Below are positions 41,156 to 50,494 of a stretch of DNA of 64,000 bases, piece by piece (within the stretch, counting starts at the first letter, position 1; every line of letters begins with the position of its first letter). The notes beneath the pieces were generated by a model. That model saw only the letters and a program-made list of their open reading frames with translations, ran no database searches and was not told the DNA's origin. A program made the translations under genes and the position numbers. Source of the DNA: Polyangiales bacterium (lineage in GTDB: Bacteria > Myxococcota_A > Polyangia > Polyangiales > Ga0077539); contig JBGARZ010000013.1 in the NCBI GenBank assembly GCA_044229975.1, positions 160,001 through 224,000 on the forward strand. The letters are read 5' to 3'.

Positions 41156-41749
41156 ATGTCCTTCATCAACTACGGTCAGCGCGAGATCAACTGCAAGATC
41201 GTCTATTACGGTCCGGGGTTGTGCGGGAAGACCACCAACCTCCAGTGGATCTACCAACGCACCGCCCCCGAGGCGAAGGGCAAGATGATCTCCCTCGCCA
41301 CGGAGCAGGACCGCACGCTCTTCTTCGACTTCCTCCCGCTCTCGCTCGGTGAGATCCGCGGCTTCAAGACACGCTTCCACCTCTACACGGTGCCGGGCCA
41401 GGTCTTCTACGACGCCTCGCGCAAGCTCATCCTGAAGGGCGTCGACGGCGTGGTCTTCGTGGCCGACTCCCAGATCGGCCGCGTCGAGGCCAACATGGAG
41501 TCGCTCGAAAACCTCCAGGGCAACCTCACCGAGCAGGGCTACACCCTGGAGAAGCTCCCGTTCATCGTGCAGTACAACAAGCGCGACCTGCCCGACATCG
41601 CGCCCGTCGAAGAACTCCGCGAGCTCCTCAACCCGGGCCACCAGCCCGACTTCGAGGCCGTCGCCAGCAAGGGCATCGGCGTCTTCGACACCCTCAAGGC
41701 CGTCGCCAAGTCCGTGCTCACCGAGCTCAAGCGCGGCGCCGGCGCGTAG
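41156..41749 (+). CDS. mglA: Small GTPase MglA
   Basis: MSFINY, GPGLCGKTTN, RTLFFDF, TVPGQ and NKRD. Confidence 0.97.
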   Translation: MSFINYGQREINCKIVYYGPGLCGKTTNLQWIYQRTAPEAKGKMISLATEQDRTLFFDFLPLSLGEIRGFKTRFHLYTVPGQVFYDASRKLILKGVDGVVFVADSQIGRVEANMESLENLQGNLTEQGYTLEKLPFIVQYNKRDLPDIAPVEELRELLNPGHQPDFEAVASKGIGVFDTLKAVAKSVLTELKRGAGA

Positions 41750-41763
41750 AGCCCCTCCCACCC

Positions 41764-43842
41764 GTGATCGGGCCTGTGCTACTCACCCCCAACGGAGTGG
41801 CACGGTCGGCACGACACTGGGCGGTCTTCACGGCTCTGCTCGCTCACGCCAGCACCGCGTCGGCCCACGACGAGCCCGGCGCCACGGTGCGCGGCCAGGC
41901 TCCACCAAGAGCCGCGAGCGACGTCACCTTCGACCTCAACACGCTCCGTCTGATCCCCCGCGGCAGCGCGGCAGAGATGCTGATGCTGGCCCCGGGCTTC
42001 TACCTCTCGCAGCACGGCGGCGAAGGGAAGGCGGCGCAGCTCTTCCTCCGCGGCTTCGACGCGCAGCACGGCCAGGACGTGGAGTTCTCCGTCGGGGGCT
42101 TGCCCATCAACGAGGTGTCCAACGTGCACGGGCACGGGTACGCCGACCTCAACTTCGTGATTCCCGAGGTGGTCGATCGGCTGCGCGTGCAGGAGGGGCC
42201 CTTCGACCCTCGGCAGGGCGACTTCGCCGTCGCCGGGAGCGCGCGCTTCGACCTCGGCGTCGTCGACCGCGGGGCGCTCGTGCGCGGCAGCTACGGGATG
42301 TTCAACACGGCCCGCGCCGTCGCCGTCGTGGCGCCTCGGGGAGAACGTCGCGAGACCTTCTTCGCGGGTGAGCTCTACCGCACCGACGGCTACGGCGAGC
42401 AGCGCGCCGCCAGCCGCGCGTCGGCGCTCGGGCAGTACGCGAGGCAGCTCGCGGGTGGGTCCGTGCTGCGGCTCCTGGCGACGGTGTACTCGGCGCGCTT
42501 CGACAGCCCCGGCGTGGTGCGCGAGGACGACTACGAGCGCGGTGCGCGGGACTTCTTCAGCAGCTACGACCTGCGGCAGGGCGGGTTCTCGTCGCGCGCG
42601 GCGCTGCTGGGCGAGCTGGTGGTGCCGACGGCGCACGGGCGCTTCACGGTGCTGGCCCACGCGGGCCTGCGGGAGTTTCGCATTCAAGAGAACTTCACCG
42701 GCTTCGCGCTCGACCCGCGCGGCGACCGCTACGAGCAGCGCTACGACGCCATCACCGTCGGTCTGCGCGCGACGCACCGCGCGACCTTCACGCTGCTGGG
42801 CCACACACACGGCGTGGAGTTTGGCCTGAGCGCACGGCACGACCGCACCACGCAGGCCATGGGCAGGCAGCGCTTCGCCGACGACGTCACCTACGCGACG
42901 GACATCGACGCCGACGTCGACGCGACGGACATCGGCGCCTACGCCGACCTCGACCTGCACGTCTTCTCGCGCGTCCACGTTCGCGGCGGGGTGCGCGCCG
43001 ACGCGCTCGCCTATCAGATCGACGACCGCAGCACGATGCTCGTCGACCGCACCGTGCGGGTGCCGCGCGGGCGGCGCGATGCGCAGGGCTTCCAGGTGGG
43101 GCCGCGGGCGACGGTGGAGGTCGACCTCGGGCGTGGGTTCACGCTGCTGGGCGCGTACGGCAAGGGCTTCCGCTCGCCGCAGGCGCTGTCGCTGGGCGAC
43201 GGCGAGAGCGCGCCCTTCGCGGTGGTGCACGCCGGCGAAGTGGGAGCGCGCTGGCGACACCCACGGGTGCAGGTGACGGCCGCGGCCTTCCTCACGCACG
43301 TCGACCGCGACCTCATCTTCGACCCCACCCAGGGGCAAAACGTGGTGATCCCCGAGACGGCCGCCACCACCCGCGGCGGAGCGTCGCTCATGGTGCGCGC
43401 GACGCCGGTGCGCGGCTTCGAGATCATCGCCTCGGGCACCTGGGCGCGGGCGACCTTCGATGCGACGGGTTACCTGGTGCCGTATGTTCCGCCGTGGGTG
43501 GGGCGCCTCGACGTGGTGTATGCGCGCGCCGTGGGGCAGGTCTTCGGGCGGCCGTTGACGCTGTCGGGCGCCGTCGGCGCGACGACCCTCGGCGATCGTC
43601 CGCTGCCCTTCAGCGAGCGCTCGCCCGCCATCTTCCTCCTCGATGTGGCAGCGAGCGCGCGGCTCGGCCCGGTCGAGCTTGGAGTGTCGGCGCGCAACCT
43701 CACCGACGCACGCTGGCGCGACGGAGCGTTCAGCTACGTGAGCAACTTCACGCCGGGCGTGGACACCAGCCGGGTGCCGGTGCAGCACTTCACCGCGGGT
43801 CGACCGCTGACCGTGCTGGGCACCCTCACCGTGCGGTTGTAG
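41764..43842 (+). CDS. TonB-dependent receptor
   Basis: Plug motif QHGGEGKA.QLFLRGFD...YADLNFVIPE; RNLTD; C-terminal beta-strand. Confidence 0.9.
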   Translation: MIGPVLLTPNGVARSARHWAVFTALLAHASTASAHDEPGATVRGQAPPRAASDVTFDLNTLRLIPRGSAAEMLMLAPGFYLSQHGGEGKAAQLFLRGFDAQHGQDVEFSVGGLPINEVSNVHGHGYADLNFVIPEVVDRLRVQEGPFDPRQGDFAVAGSARFDLGVVDRGALVRGSYGMFNTARAVAVVAPRGERRETFFAGELYRTDGYGEQRAASRASALGQYARQLAGGSVLRLLATVYSARFDSPGVVREDDYERGARDFFSSYDLRQGGFSSRAALLGELVVPTAHGRFTVLAHAGLREFRIQENFTGFALDPRGDRYEQRYDAITVGLRATHRATFTLLGHTHGVEFGLSARHDRTTQAMGRQRFADDVTYATDIDADVDATDIGAYADLDLHVFSRVHVRGGVRADALAYQIDDRSTMLVDRTVRVPRGRRDAQGFQVGPRATVEVDLGRGFTLLGAYGKGFRSPQALSLGDGESAPFAVVHAGEVGARWRHPRVQVTAAAFLTHVDRDLIFDPTQGQNVVIPETAATTRGGASLMVRATPVRGFEIIASGTWARATFDATGYLVPYVPPWVGRLDVVYARAVGQVFGRPLTLSGAVGATTLGDRPLPFSERSPAIFLLDVAASARLGPVELGVSARNLTDARWRDGAFSYVSNFTPGVDTSRVPVQHFTAGRPLTVLGTLTVRL

Positions 43843-43894
43843 CGACGCCGCAACCTTGACGCGACGCCCGGGTCGAGCCCCATGCTCCGCGGGC

Positions 43895-46858
43895 ATGACC
43901 TTCGAAGCTGGCGGGGGAGAGTCCCCCGACGAACCAACTCCCAGCTTCCTGCGGGGCGGCGGCGAGGCCGGCGGGCTCATCCGGGCCTTCGACTGGTCGC
44001 GCACCTGCCTCGGCGCCGTCGCGACGTGGCCGCAGTCGCTGCGAACCACCGTCGGCACCATGCTCCGGTCGCCGTTTCCCCTTGTCCTGCTCTGGGGCAG
44101 CGACCTGCTGATGCTCTACAACGACCCGTTTCGTCCCATTCTCGGGGCGAAGCATCCAGGCAGCATCGGGGCGCCCGTCCACCTCGCGCTCGCGGAGGCG
44201 TGGGACTTCGTCGGGCCGCTCATCGCCCGGGCCCTCGCGACGGGCGAGCCGCACTACGAAGAGAACCGGGTCGTCGTCATCGCGCGACGGCAAGGCGGTC
44301 TCAACGAGGAGGCGTACTTCACCTGGTCGTTCAACCCGACGGTCGGCGAGAGCGGCGAGGTCGCCGGGATCTTCACCCTCGCCTACGAGACGACGCGGCA
44401 GGTGATCGGCGATCGTCGGCTCCACACGCTGCGCGAGCTGTCGCTGCGGTCGGCCCTCGACCACGACGTCGACAGGTTCTACGGCTCGCTCGAGGAGGTG
44501 ATCGCGCAGGCCAGCGCCGACCTCCCCTTCGCGCTCCTCTACGTCATCGAGGCGGGGCGGGCGCGCCTCGTGACCTGCACCGGGGTGCAGCGCGGGTCGC
44601 GCGCGGCCCCCATCGAGCTCGGCCTCGACGACACGTCCCCGTGGCCCGTCGGCGACGTCGCGCGCTCGGGGAGAGAGACTCTCGTGGGCGACCTGGGGAG
44701 CACCATCGGACCGCTGCCGGGCGGGCCGTGGCCGGAGCCCGCGACGAGTGCCCTGCTGCTCCCGGTGACCAACGGCGCGCGCGGCGTGACGGCGGTGCTC
44801 GTCGGGGGACTGAGCCCGTGGCTCGAACTCGACGACGTCTACCGGAGCTTCCTGCAACTGCTGGCGCGGCAGATCTCCGCGAGCGTCACGAGCGCGTCGG
44901 CCTTCGAGCACGAGCGGCGTCGCGTCGCCGAGCTCGCGGAGCTCGACCGCGCCAAGACGGCGTTCTTCTCCAACGTGTCGCACGAGCTGCGCACGCCGCT
45001 GACCCTCGTGCTCGGGCCGGTGGAAGACGCGCTCGCGCAGCCGGGGCGGTCGCTCGCGGGTGAGGCACTGGAGCTCGTGCGGCGCAGCGCCCAGCGGCTC
45101 TTCAAGATGGTCAACACCCTGCTCGACTTCGCTCGCCTGGAGGCGGGCCGGGCCCAGGCGAGCTTCGCGCCGACGGACCTGGCCGCGCTCACCGCCAACG
45201 TCGCCGGGCAGTTTCGATCGGCCATCGAGGCCGCGGGGCTGACGCTCGACGTGCGCTGCGCGCCGCAGCCCGACGCGGTGCTGGTCGACGCGGAGATGTG
45301 GGAGAAGATCGTGCTCAACCTCCTCTCCAACGCGCTCAAGTACACGCTGCGCGGGTCGGTTCGCGTCGACCTCGCGTGGACCGACCGGGACGCCGTGCTC
45401 ACCGTCGAGGACAGCGGCGTGGGCATCGCTCCGTCGGAGCTGCCGCGGATCTTCGAGCGCTTCTACCGCGCGGAGACCACGCAGGGGCGCAGCCACGAGG
45501 GCACCGGCATCGGGCTCGCGCTCGTGCACGACCTCGTCCAGATGCACGGCGGCGACGTCACGGCACGCAGCACCCTGGGCGAAGGAACCACCTTCACCGT
45601 GCGCCTCCCGCGCATCACCACCACGGCCGCGGCCATCGACGACGCGCCGACCGGGAGCGCCCTCGCCGAGCAGTTCGTCGGCGAGGCGCTGCGCTGGACG
45701 CCGCAGGACGCAGAGCCCGTCGCGATGGTGCGCGACCGCGCCGCGGCCCGCATCCTCGTGGTGGACGACAACGCCGACCTGCGAAACTACGTCGCGGGGC
45801 TGCTCGGTCGGAGCTTCGCCCACGTCGAGACGGCGACCCACGGAGCCGAGGCGCTGGCGTCGGCGCGCGCCCTCCCCCCGGACCTCATTCTCTGTGACGT
45901 GATGATGCCCGTGATGGACGGCTTCGCGCTGGTGCGCGCCCTCCGCGACGACCCGCGCACGCGGACGGTGCCCATCATCCTGCTCAGCGCCCGGGCCGGC
46001 GCCGAGGCGGCGGAGCAGGGGCTCGACAGCGGCGCGGACGACTACCTCGTGAAGCCCTTCGCGGGGCGCGAGCTCCTCGCGCGGGTGCGCAGCCAGCTCG
46101 AGATGGCGAGGGTTCGCGCCGAGGCGGGGCGCGAGAGGCAACGCATCAACGAGGTGCTGAGCGACGCGGCCGCGCGCGACGAGTTCCTCGCGATGACGTC
46201 GCACGAGCTCCGCACGCCCCTCACGGCGCTCAAGCTACAGCTCGAGATCATGGGGCACACGGCCACCGCGGAGGGGCGCGGCTCGGAGCGCATGGGCGTC
46301 GCGCGCCGCCAGGTCGACCGCCTGGCCGCGCTGGTCGAGGCCATGCTCGACGCATCGCGGGCCTCCACGGGCACGCTCACCCTCGCGCCCACCGACCTCG
46401 ACCTGACCTCGCTCGCGCGCTCCGTCGCGGCGCGCTTCACCGACGACGCGGGCGCGACCGGGTCGACCATCCACGTCGAGGGCGCGCCGGTGCACGGCCG
46501 CTGGGACCGGGCGCGCATCGAGCAGGTGCTGAGCAGCCTCCTGTCCAACGCGGTGAAGTACGCGCCGGGGACGCCCATCACGCTCCGCGTCGAGGGCGAC
46601 GGGGAGACGGTGAGGATCGTGGTCCGCGACCTCGGCATCGGCATCCCGACCGAGGCGCTCCACCGGGTGTTTGAGCGCTACGAGCGGGCGGTTCCGGCGG
46701 AAAACTACGGCGGGCTGGGCCTCGGGCTGTACCTCGCGCGCCGCATCGTCGAGGCCCACGGCGGCGACATTGGGGTCGAGAGCGTCGGCGACGGGGCCAC
46801 GTTTACGGTTACGCTCCCGCGGATGACCGCGAGGACATTGGATCGCGACGAGGGTTGA
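43895..46858 (+). CDS. Hybrid sensor histidine kinase (PAS/GAF-HisKA-HATPase-REC-HisKA-HATPase)
   Basis: Two SHELRTPL boxes, two NAxKY and GxGL boxes, DVMMP receiver. Confidence 0.93.
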   Translation: MTFEAGGGESPDEPTPSFLRGGGEAGGLIRAFDWSRTCLGAVATWPQSLRTTVGTMLRSPFPLVLLWGSDLLMLYNDPFRPILGAKHPGSIGAPVHLALAEAWDFVGPLIARALATGEPHYEENRVVVIARRQGGLNEEAYFTWSFNPTVGESGEVAGIFTLAYETTRQVIGDRRLHTLRELSLRSALDHDVDRFYGSLEEVIAQASADLPFALLYVIEAGRARLVTCTGVQRGSRAAPIELGLDDTSPWPVGDVARSGRETLVGDLGSTIGPLPGGPWPEPATSALLLPVTNGARGVTAVLVGGLSPWLELDDVYRSFLQLLARQISASVTSASAFEHERRRVAELAELDRAKTAFFSNVSHELRTPLTLVLGPVEDALAQPGRSLAGEALELVRRSAQRLFKMVNTLLDFARLEAGRAQASFAPTDLAALTANVAGQFRSAIEAAGLTLDVRCAPQPDAVLVDAEMWEKIVLNLLSNALKYTLRGSVRVDLAWTDRDAVLTVEDSGVGIAPSELPRIFERFYRAETTQGRSHEGTGIGLALVHDLVQMHGGDVTARSTLGEGTTFTVRLPRITTTAAAIDDAPTGSALAEQFVGEALRWTPQDAEPVAMVRDRAAARILVVDDNADLRNYVAGLLGRSFAHVETATHGAEALASARALPPDLILCDVMMPVMDGFALVRALRDDPRTRTVPIILLSARAGAEAAEQGLDSGADDYLVKPFAGRELLARVRSQLEMARVRAEAGRERQRINEVLSDAAARDEFLAMTSHELRTPLTALKLQLEIMGHTATAEGRGSERMGVARRQVDRLAALVEAMLDASRASTGTLTLAPTDLDLTSLARSVAARFTDDAGATGSTIHVEGAPVHGRWDRARIEQVLSSLLSNAVKYAPGTPITLRVEGDGETVRIVVRDLGIGIPTEALHRVFERYERAVPAENYGGLGLGLYLARRIVEAHGGDIGVESVGDGATFTVTLPRMTARTLDRDEG

Positions 46859-46883
46859 ACGACCTTCGGTCGGAGGTGTTGTG

Positions 46884-47267
46884 ATGGCAGGTGGTGGTTC
46901 GGTTCTACTGGTCGAGGACGATCGCGATATCCGGGAGTCCATCCAGGACGCGCTCGAGAGCTTCGAATACGAGGTCGTCGCGGCCCACGACGGCATCGAG
47001 GCGCTGGAGCGGCTGCGCGGGGGCCACGCGCTCCCCAGGCTCATCCTCCTCGACATGATGATGCCGCGGATGAACGGCGCGCAGTTCCGCGCAGAGCTGT
47101 TGAAGCACGAGGCGTGGGCGGCCATCCCCGTGGTCGTGCTCACGGCCGACTCCAGCGCGCGGCGCAACGTCGAGGCCCTCCGGGTGGCGGCCTTCCTCCA
47201 GAAGCCGGTGAGCCTCGAAGACCTGCTCGACATCGTGGCCCACCTCATGGGCGGACGGACGTCGTAG
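46884..47267 (+). CDS. Single-domain response regulator
   Basis: GGAGG SD; VEDD, LDMMMP and QKP motifs. Confidence 0.92.
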   Translation: MAGGGSVLLVEDDRDIRESIQDALESFEYEVVAAHDGIEALERLRGGHALPRLILLDMMMPRMNGAQFRAELLKHEAWAAIPVVVLTADSSARRNVEALRVAAFLQKPVSLEDLLDIVAHLMGGRTS

Positions 47268-47271
47268 CGGC

Positions 47272-47296
47272 GACGGCGGCAATCGCCGCCTCCGTC
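47272..47296. terminator. Short hairpin between convergent genes
   Basis: GGCGGC-AATC-GCCGCC stem; no U-tract. Confidence 0.35.
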
Positions 47297-48995
47297 AGTA
47301 GTCGAAGGAGCCGAGGAAGTACGGCGACTCGCGGGTGCACACCGCGCTGCTATCGCTGGCGGTGCGCGTCCCCGGCCAGGTGTATCGCACCGTCGTCCCC
47401 TGGTTGACGGTCACCGTCACGGCCGTCGGGCCCGTGATGCGAAACGGCACCGCGCACACGAGGTACGTCCCGCGCTCGGGCGCCGCCGCCCAGAAGACGT
47501 TCTCGGGCCCGGTGCCCGAGGTGTCGTCGCGATCGAGCTGACCCCCGCACCGGCTCGTCGCCCGAAACGAGATCGCCTGCATGCACGGCGGAACCACGTG
47601 CAGGTCCATGTCCCCCGCGCGGTCCCAGGTCATCGTCACGCGCAGCATCCCGCTGCCCACGCAGACCCCGTTGGCGCACGCCTGCCCGGCCGCGCACACG
47701 TTGCCGCAACGGCCGCAGTTGGCCACGTCGCTCCGCACGTCGATGCACCGACCCGCGCACAACACCGAGCCCGCCGCGCAGGCCGCGCAGCCCTCGTCGA
47801 CCATGCCGCTACAGTTGTCGTCGACCGCGTTGCCGCACACCTCCGCGGCCCCCGGCAACGTCTGTCCCAAGCACGCGCCCCACACCGACGTGAGCGTCCC
47901 GTCCGGGCGCACCAGCGCGTTGCATCGCCGCGTGCCCGCGCGACACGGCGCGACGGTGCGCGTCGCCGCGGGACCCGTGTAGCAGGCCTCCGACGCGTCG
48001 ATGGTGCACGCGCACCCGGTGTTGGGGTTGCCATCACAGTTGCGATCGACGCCGTTGCAGACGTCCACCGCCGGGACCACCTCGCCCGCGCACGGTCCCC
48101 ACACCGTCCCGGTGCCCGAGATCGTCGCCACGCAGGTCTGCATCCCGTTGCGGCACAGCCCGCGGCCCGCGGTGCCCGCCGGGCCCGAGTAGCAGCTCCG
48201 CGTCTGTCCCCGCGTGCAGCCGCACCCGGTGTTGGGCACCCCGTCGCAGTCCGTGTCGCGACCGTCGCAGGTGTCCGCGCTCGGCCGAACCTCCCCCGCG
48301 CACGCGCCCCACGCCGACCCCGTCGCGGTCGCCGCGCAGGTCTGCATCCCCGCGCGACACAGCCCGCGCCCCTGCGTGCCCGTCGGGCCCGTGTAGCAGG
48401 CGCGCGACGTCCCCACGGGACACAGGCAGCCCGCGCCCGGGTTGCCATCACACGCGCGGTCGACCGTGGGCATGCGACAGTCCACCGGCTGCGGCGTGCC
48501 GAAGCCCGTGCACGCGCTCCAGGTGCCAAACTCCCCGACGCCGTTGCACCGCTGCATCCCGTAGGTGCAGACCCCGCGCCCGGCCCGCAGCGGGTCGCCC
48601 GGGTAGCACCGCTGCATCGCCCCTGGGACGCACGCGCACTCCTCGTCGGTCATCCCGTTGCAGTCGTCGTCGATGCCGTTGCCGCAGCGCTCGCGCGGGC
48701 CGCACGCCGTCACCCCGCCGTCCGGGAGCATCATCACGGGCAGCACGTCGGCCACGTCGACGCCGCCGTCACCGAGCGCCCCGTCACCACCGAGACCGGG
48801 CACGTCGAAGCTCGGTGTACCAAACGCATCGAGCATCAATCCGCCGTCGCCGATGGGTCGGTCGGCGCTCGCTGCGCGGTCGCCCGTCGCGCCGTCCCTC
48901 GCCCCGGTGGTGGCGCCCTCGGAGCCGCATCCGACCATGGCGGTCGCGAGGCCACACCAGACGACGGACCACTGCCACGAGCGGAGAGCGCGCAT
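47295..48995 (-). CDS. Cys-rich repeat lipoprotein with C-terminal YfaP/DUF2135-like domain
   Basis: MVGC lipobox; four CY.GP.GT.GRG.C..G.Q.C-type repeats; CGNGIDDDCNG; TWD..GDMDLHV...GPEN. Confidence 0.85.
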   Translation of the reverse strand: MRALRSWQWSVVWCGLATAMVGCGSEGATTGARDGATGDRAASADRPIGDGGLMLDAFGTPSFDVPGLGGDGALGDGGVDVADVLPVMMLPDGGVTACGPRERCGNGIDDDCNGMTDEECACVPGAMQRCYPGDPLRAGRGVCTYGMQRCNGVGEFGTWSACTGFGTPQPVDCRMPTVDRACDGNPGAGCLCPVGTSRACYTGPTGTQGRGLCRAGMQTCAATATGSAWGACAGEVRPSADTCDGRDTDCDGVPNTGCGCTRGQTRSCYSGPAGTAGRGLCRNGMQTCVATISGTGTVWGPCAGEVVPAVDVCNGVDRNCDGNPNTGCACTIDASEACYTGPAATRTVAPCRAGTRRCNALVRPDGTLTSVWGACLGQTLPGAAEVCGNAVDDNCSGMVDEGCAACAAGSVLCAGRCIDVRSDVANCGRCGNVCAAGQACANGVCVGSGMLRVTMTWDRAGDMDLHVVPPCMQAISFRATSRCGGQLDRDDTSGTGPENVFWAAAPERGTYLVCAVPFRITGPTAVTVTVNQGTTVRYTWPGTRTASDSSAVCTRESPYFLGSFDY

Positions 48996-49068
48996 AGACC
49001 TCAGGAGAGTGGATGGCGGGACGGGGAAGGGCAGCGACTCTAACACCACACGCCGTGTGGAGGCGGTG

Positions 49069-50481
49069 TCAGTGCGCGGGCGCAGCGGCAGGAGCGGGGC
49101 GGCGGATGATCGGCGCGGCCTGGAGGGCGGCGGGCGACGGCATCACGATGCCAGGACCACCAGCGCCCTGACCAGCGGCGCCGAGCGCAGCGACGGGGAC
49201 GGCCGTGGGGCCGCCGGGCGCTGCGGGGACTTCGCCGCCGAGGGTGATGCGGCCGAAGCGTTCGAGGGTGTGAAAGTCGCCGCGGCGCGGGGCGCTCCAG
49301 GCGGCGCTGCGCTGACCGCCGGTCTTGGGCTCGTCCATCACGAAGAGGTTGAGCCGCACCTGATCGCCCGCCTGCGGGGGCGTGTGGGCGAGGCCGTCGT
49401 TGATGGCGGTCCACGGAATGGCGAGCTCGACGTCGTAGCCGGTGTCGGTGTCGTCGGCGTTGCCCACGGTGCCGGTCACGTTGACGCCGGAGCGGGTCTC
49501 CGGGTTGAAGTCGGCGTGGCCGATGGGAGCAGGCACGCGCGCCTGGTCGTACCGCGTATCAAACCGCTGGTTGCGCGGCGACACCTGGAACTCGTAGTAG
49601 TTGTTGCCGTCCCCGTTGGGGTCGATCATCACCTCGACGGCGTCGTGCTCCCAGAGGTGGTTGTCGCGCTCGGTGGAGGGGTCGAGCACGTTGTCGTCAG
49701 TCACGTGGAAGGCCACGTAGAGGTTGGTGTCGTCCCACAGCATCTGCGCCGTGGCGCGCGCCTCGGTGGCGCCCGCGGGGCTGCCGTTGGCCGGGTTGAC
49801 CAGCGGGCCGGTGCGCGCCGCGTTGGCCCACGCGGGCTCGTCGAGCCGACCGTCGGCCGTGATGGCCCCGGTGGTGCGCGGAACGTTGGCTTCGGTGAGC
49901 TGCACCGCGACGCCCGTGTCGAGCGAGAGCACGCGCGCGCGGCGGTCGCCGTCGGTGCGATCGGCGGGCGTCACCGGGAGGCGCGTGGCGTCCTTCCAGA
50001 GGCCGACGTGGATGCGAACCGTGGGCGAGTCCCACTCCGCCGGGAGCTCGAAGCTCTGCACGTCGCGGATGAACTCACCGGCGTGCCAGCGCTCGGGCTG
50101 GTAGGCGCGGCGCACGTCGCCGACGTTGTCCTGGTTGGTGCGCGGGCCGTTGCTGTCGTCGAGGTGCGTAAACAACCGCCAGCCGTCGCCGGTGGGGGCG
50201 CGGCACTTCCAGTACCAGGTGACGGTGACGCTCTGGCCGGGGCGCAGCGTGTTGCCCGTGATGTTGATGTCGTAGCCGAGCAGCTCGACCTTGTTGTCGA
50301 AGTTGAAGCTCAGCGGGTGCTGCGGCGTCGGGGCCGTGCGCGTCACGACCTGACGCCGGATCCGATCGAGCTCCGCCTGCGAAGCCCCATTGCGGTTGGG
50401 CTGCGTCGGCTGCTCCACGCACGCCCCGCCCAGAGCCAGACACACCACCCACGGCATCCACGTCTTCATCGATGTCCTCAT
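49069..50481 (-). CDS. Lipoprotein with CBM9-like carbohydrate-binding domain
   Basis: GGAC lipobox; DGRLDEPAW, LWDDTNLY, DAVEVMID and ELAIPW motifs. Confidence 0.85.
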   Translation of the reverse strand: MRTSMKTWMPWVVCLALGGACVEQPTQPNRNGASQAELDRIRRQVVTRTAPTPQHPLSFNFDNKVELLGYDINITGNTLRPGQSVTVTWYWKCRAPTGDGWRLFTHLDDSNGPRTNQDNVGDVRRAYQPERWHAGEFIRDVQSFELPAEWDSPTVRIHVGLWKDATRLPVTPADRTDGDRRARVLSLDTGVAVQLTEANVPRTTGAITADGRLDEPAWANAARTGPLVNPANGSPAGATEARATAQMLWDDTNLYVAFHVTDDNVLDPSTERDNHLWEHDAVEVMIDPNGDGNNYYEFQVSPRNQRFDTRYDQARVPAPIGHADFNPETRSGVNVTGTVGNADDTDTGYDVELAIPWTAINDGLAHTPPQAGDQVRLNLFVMDEPKTGGQRSAAWSAPRRGDFHTLERFGRITLGGEVPAAPGGPTAVPVAALGAAGQGAGGPGIVMPSPAALQAAPIIRRPAPAAAPAH

Positions 50482-50494
50482 TGGAGTCTATTCG

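Noticed and set aside
43895..47267. Double-kinase hybrid plus response regulator
   Set aside because: Architecture is common in myxobacteria.
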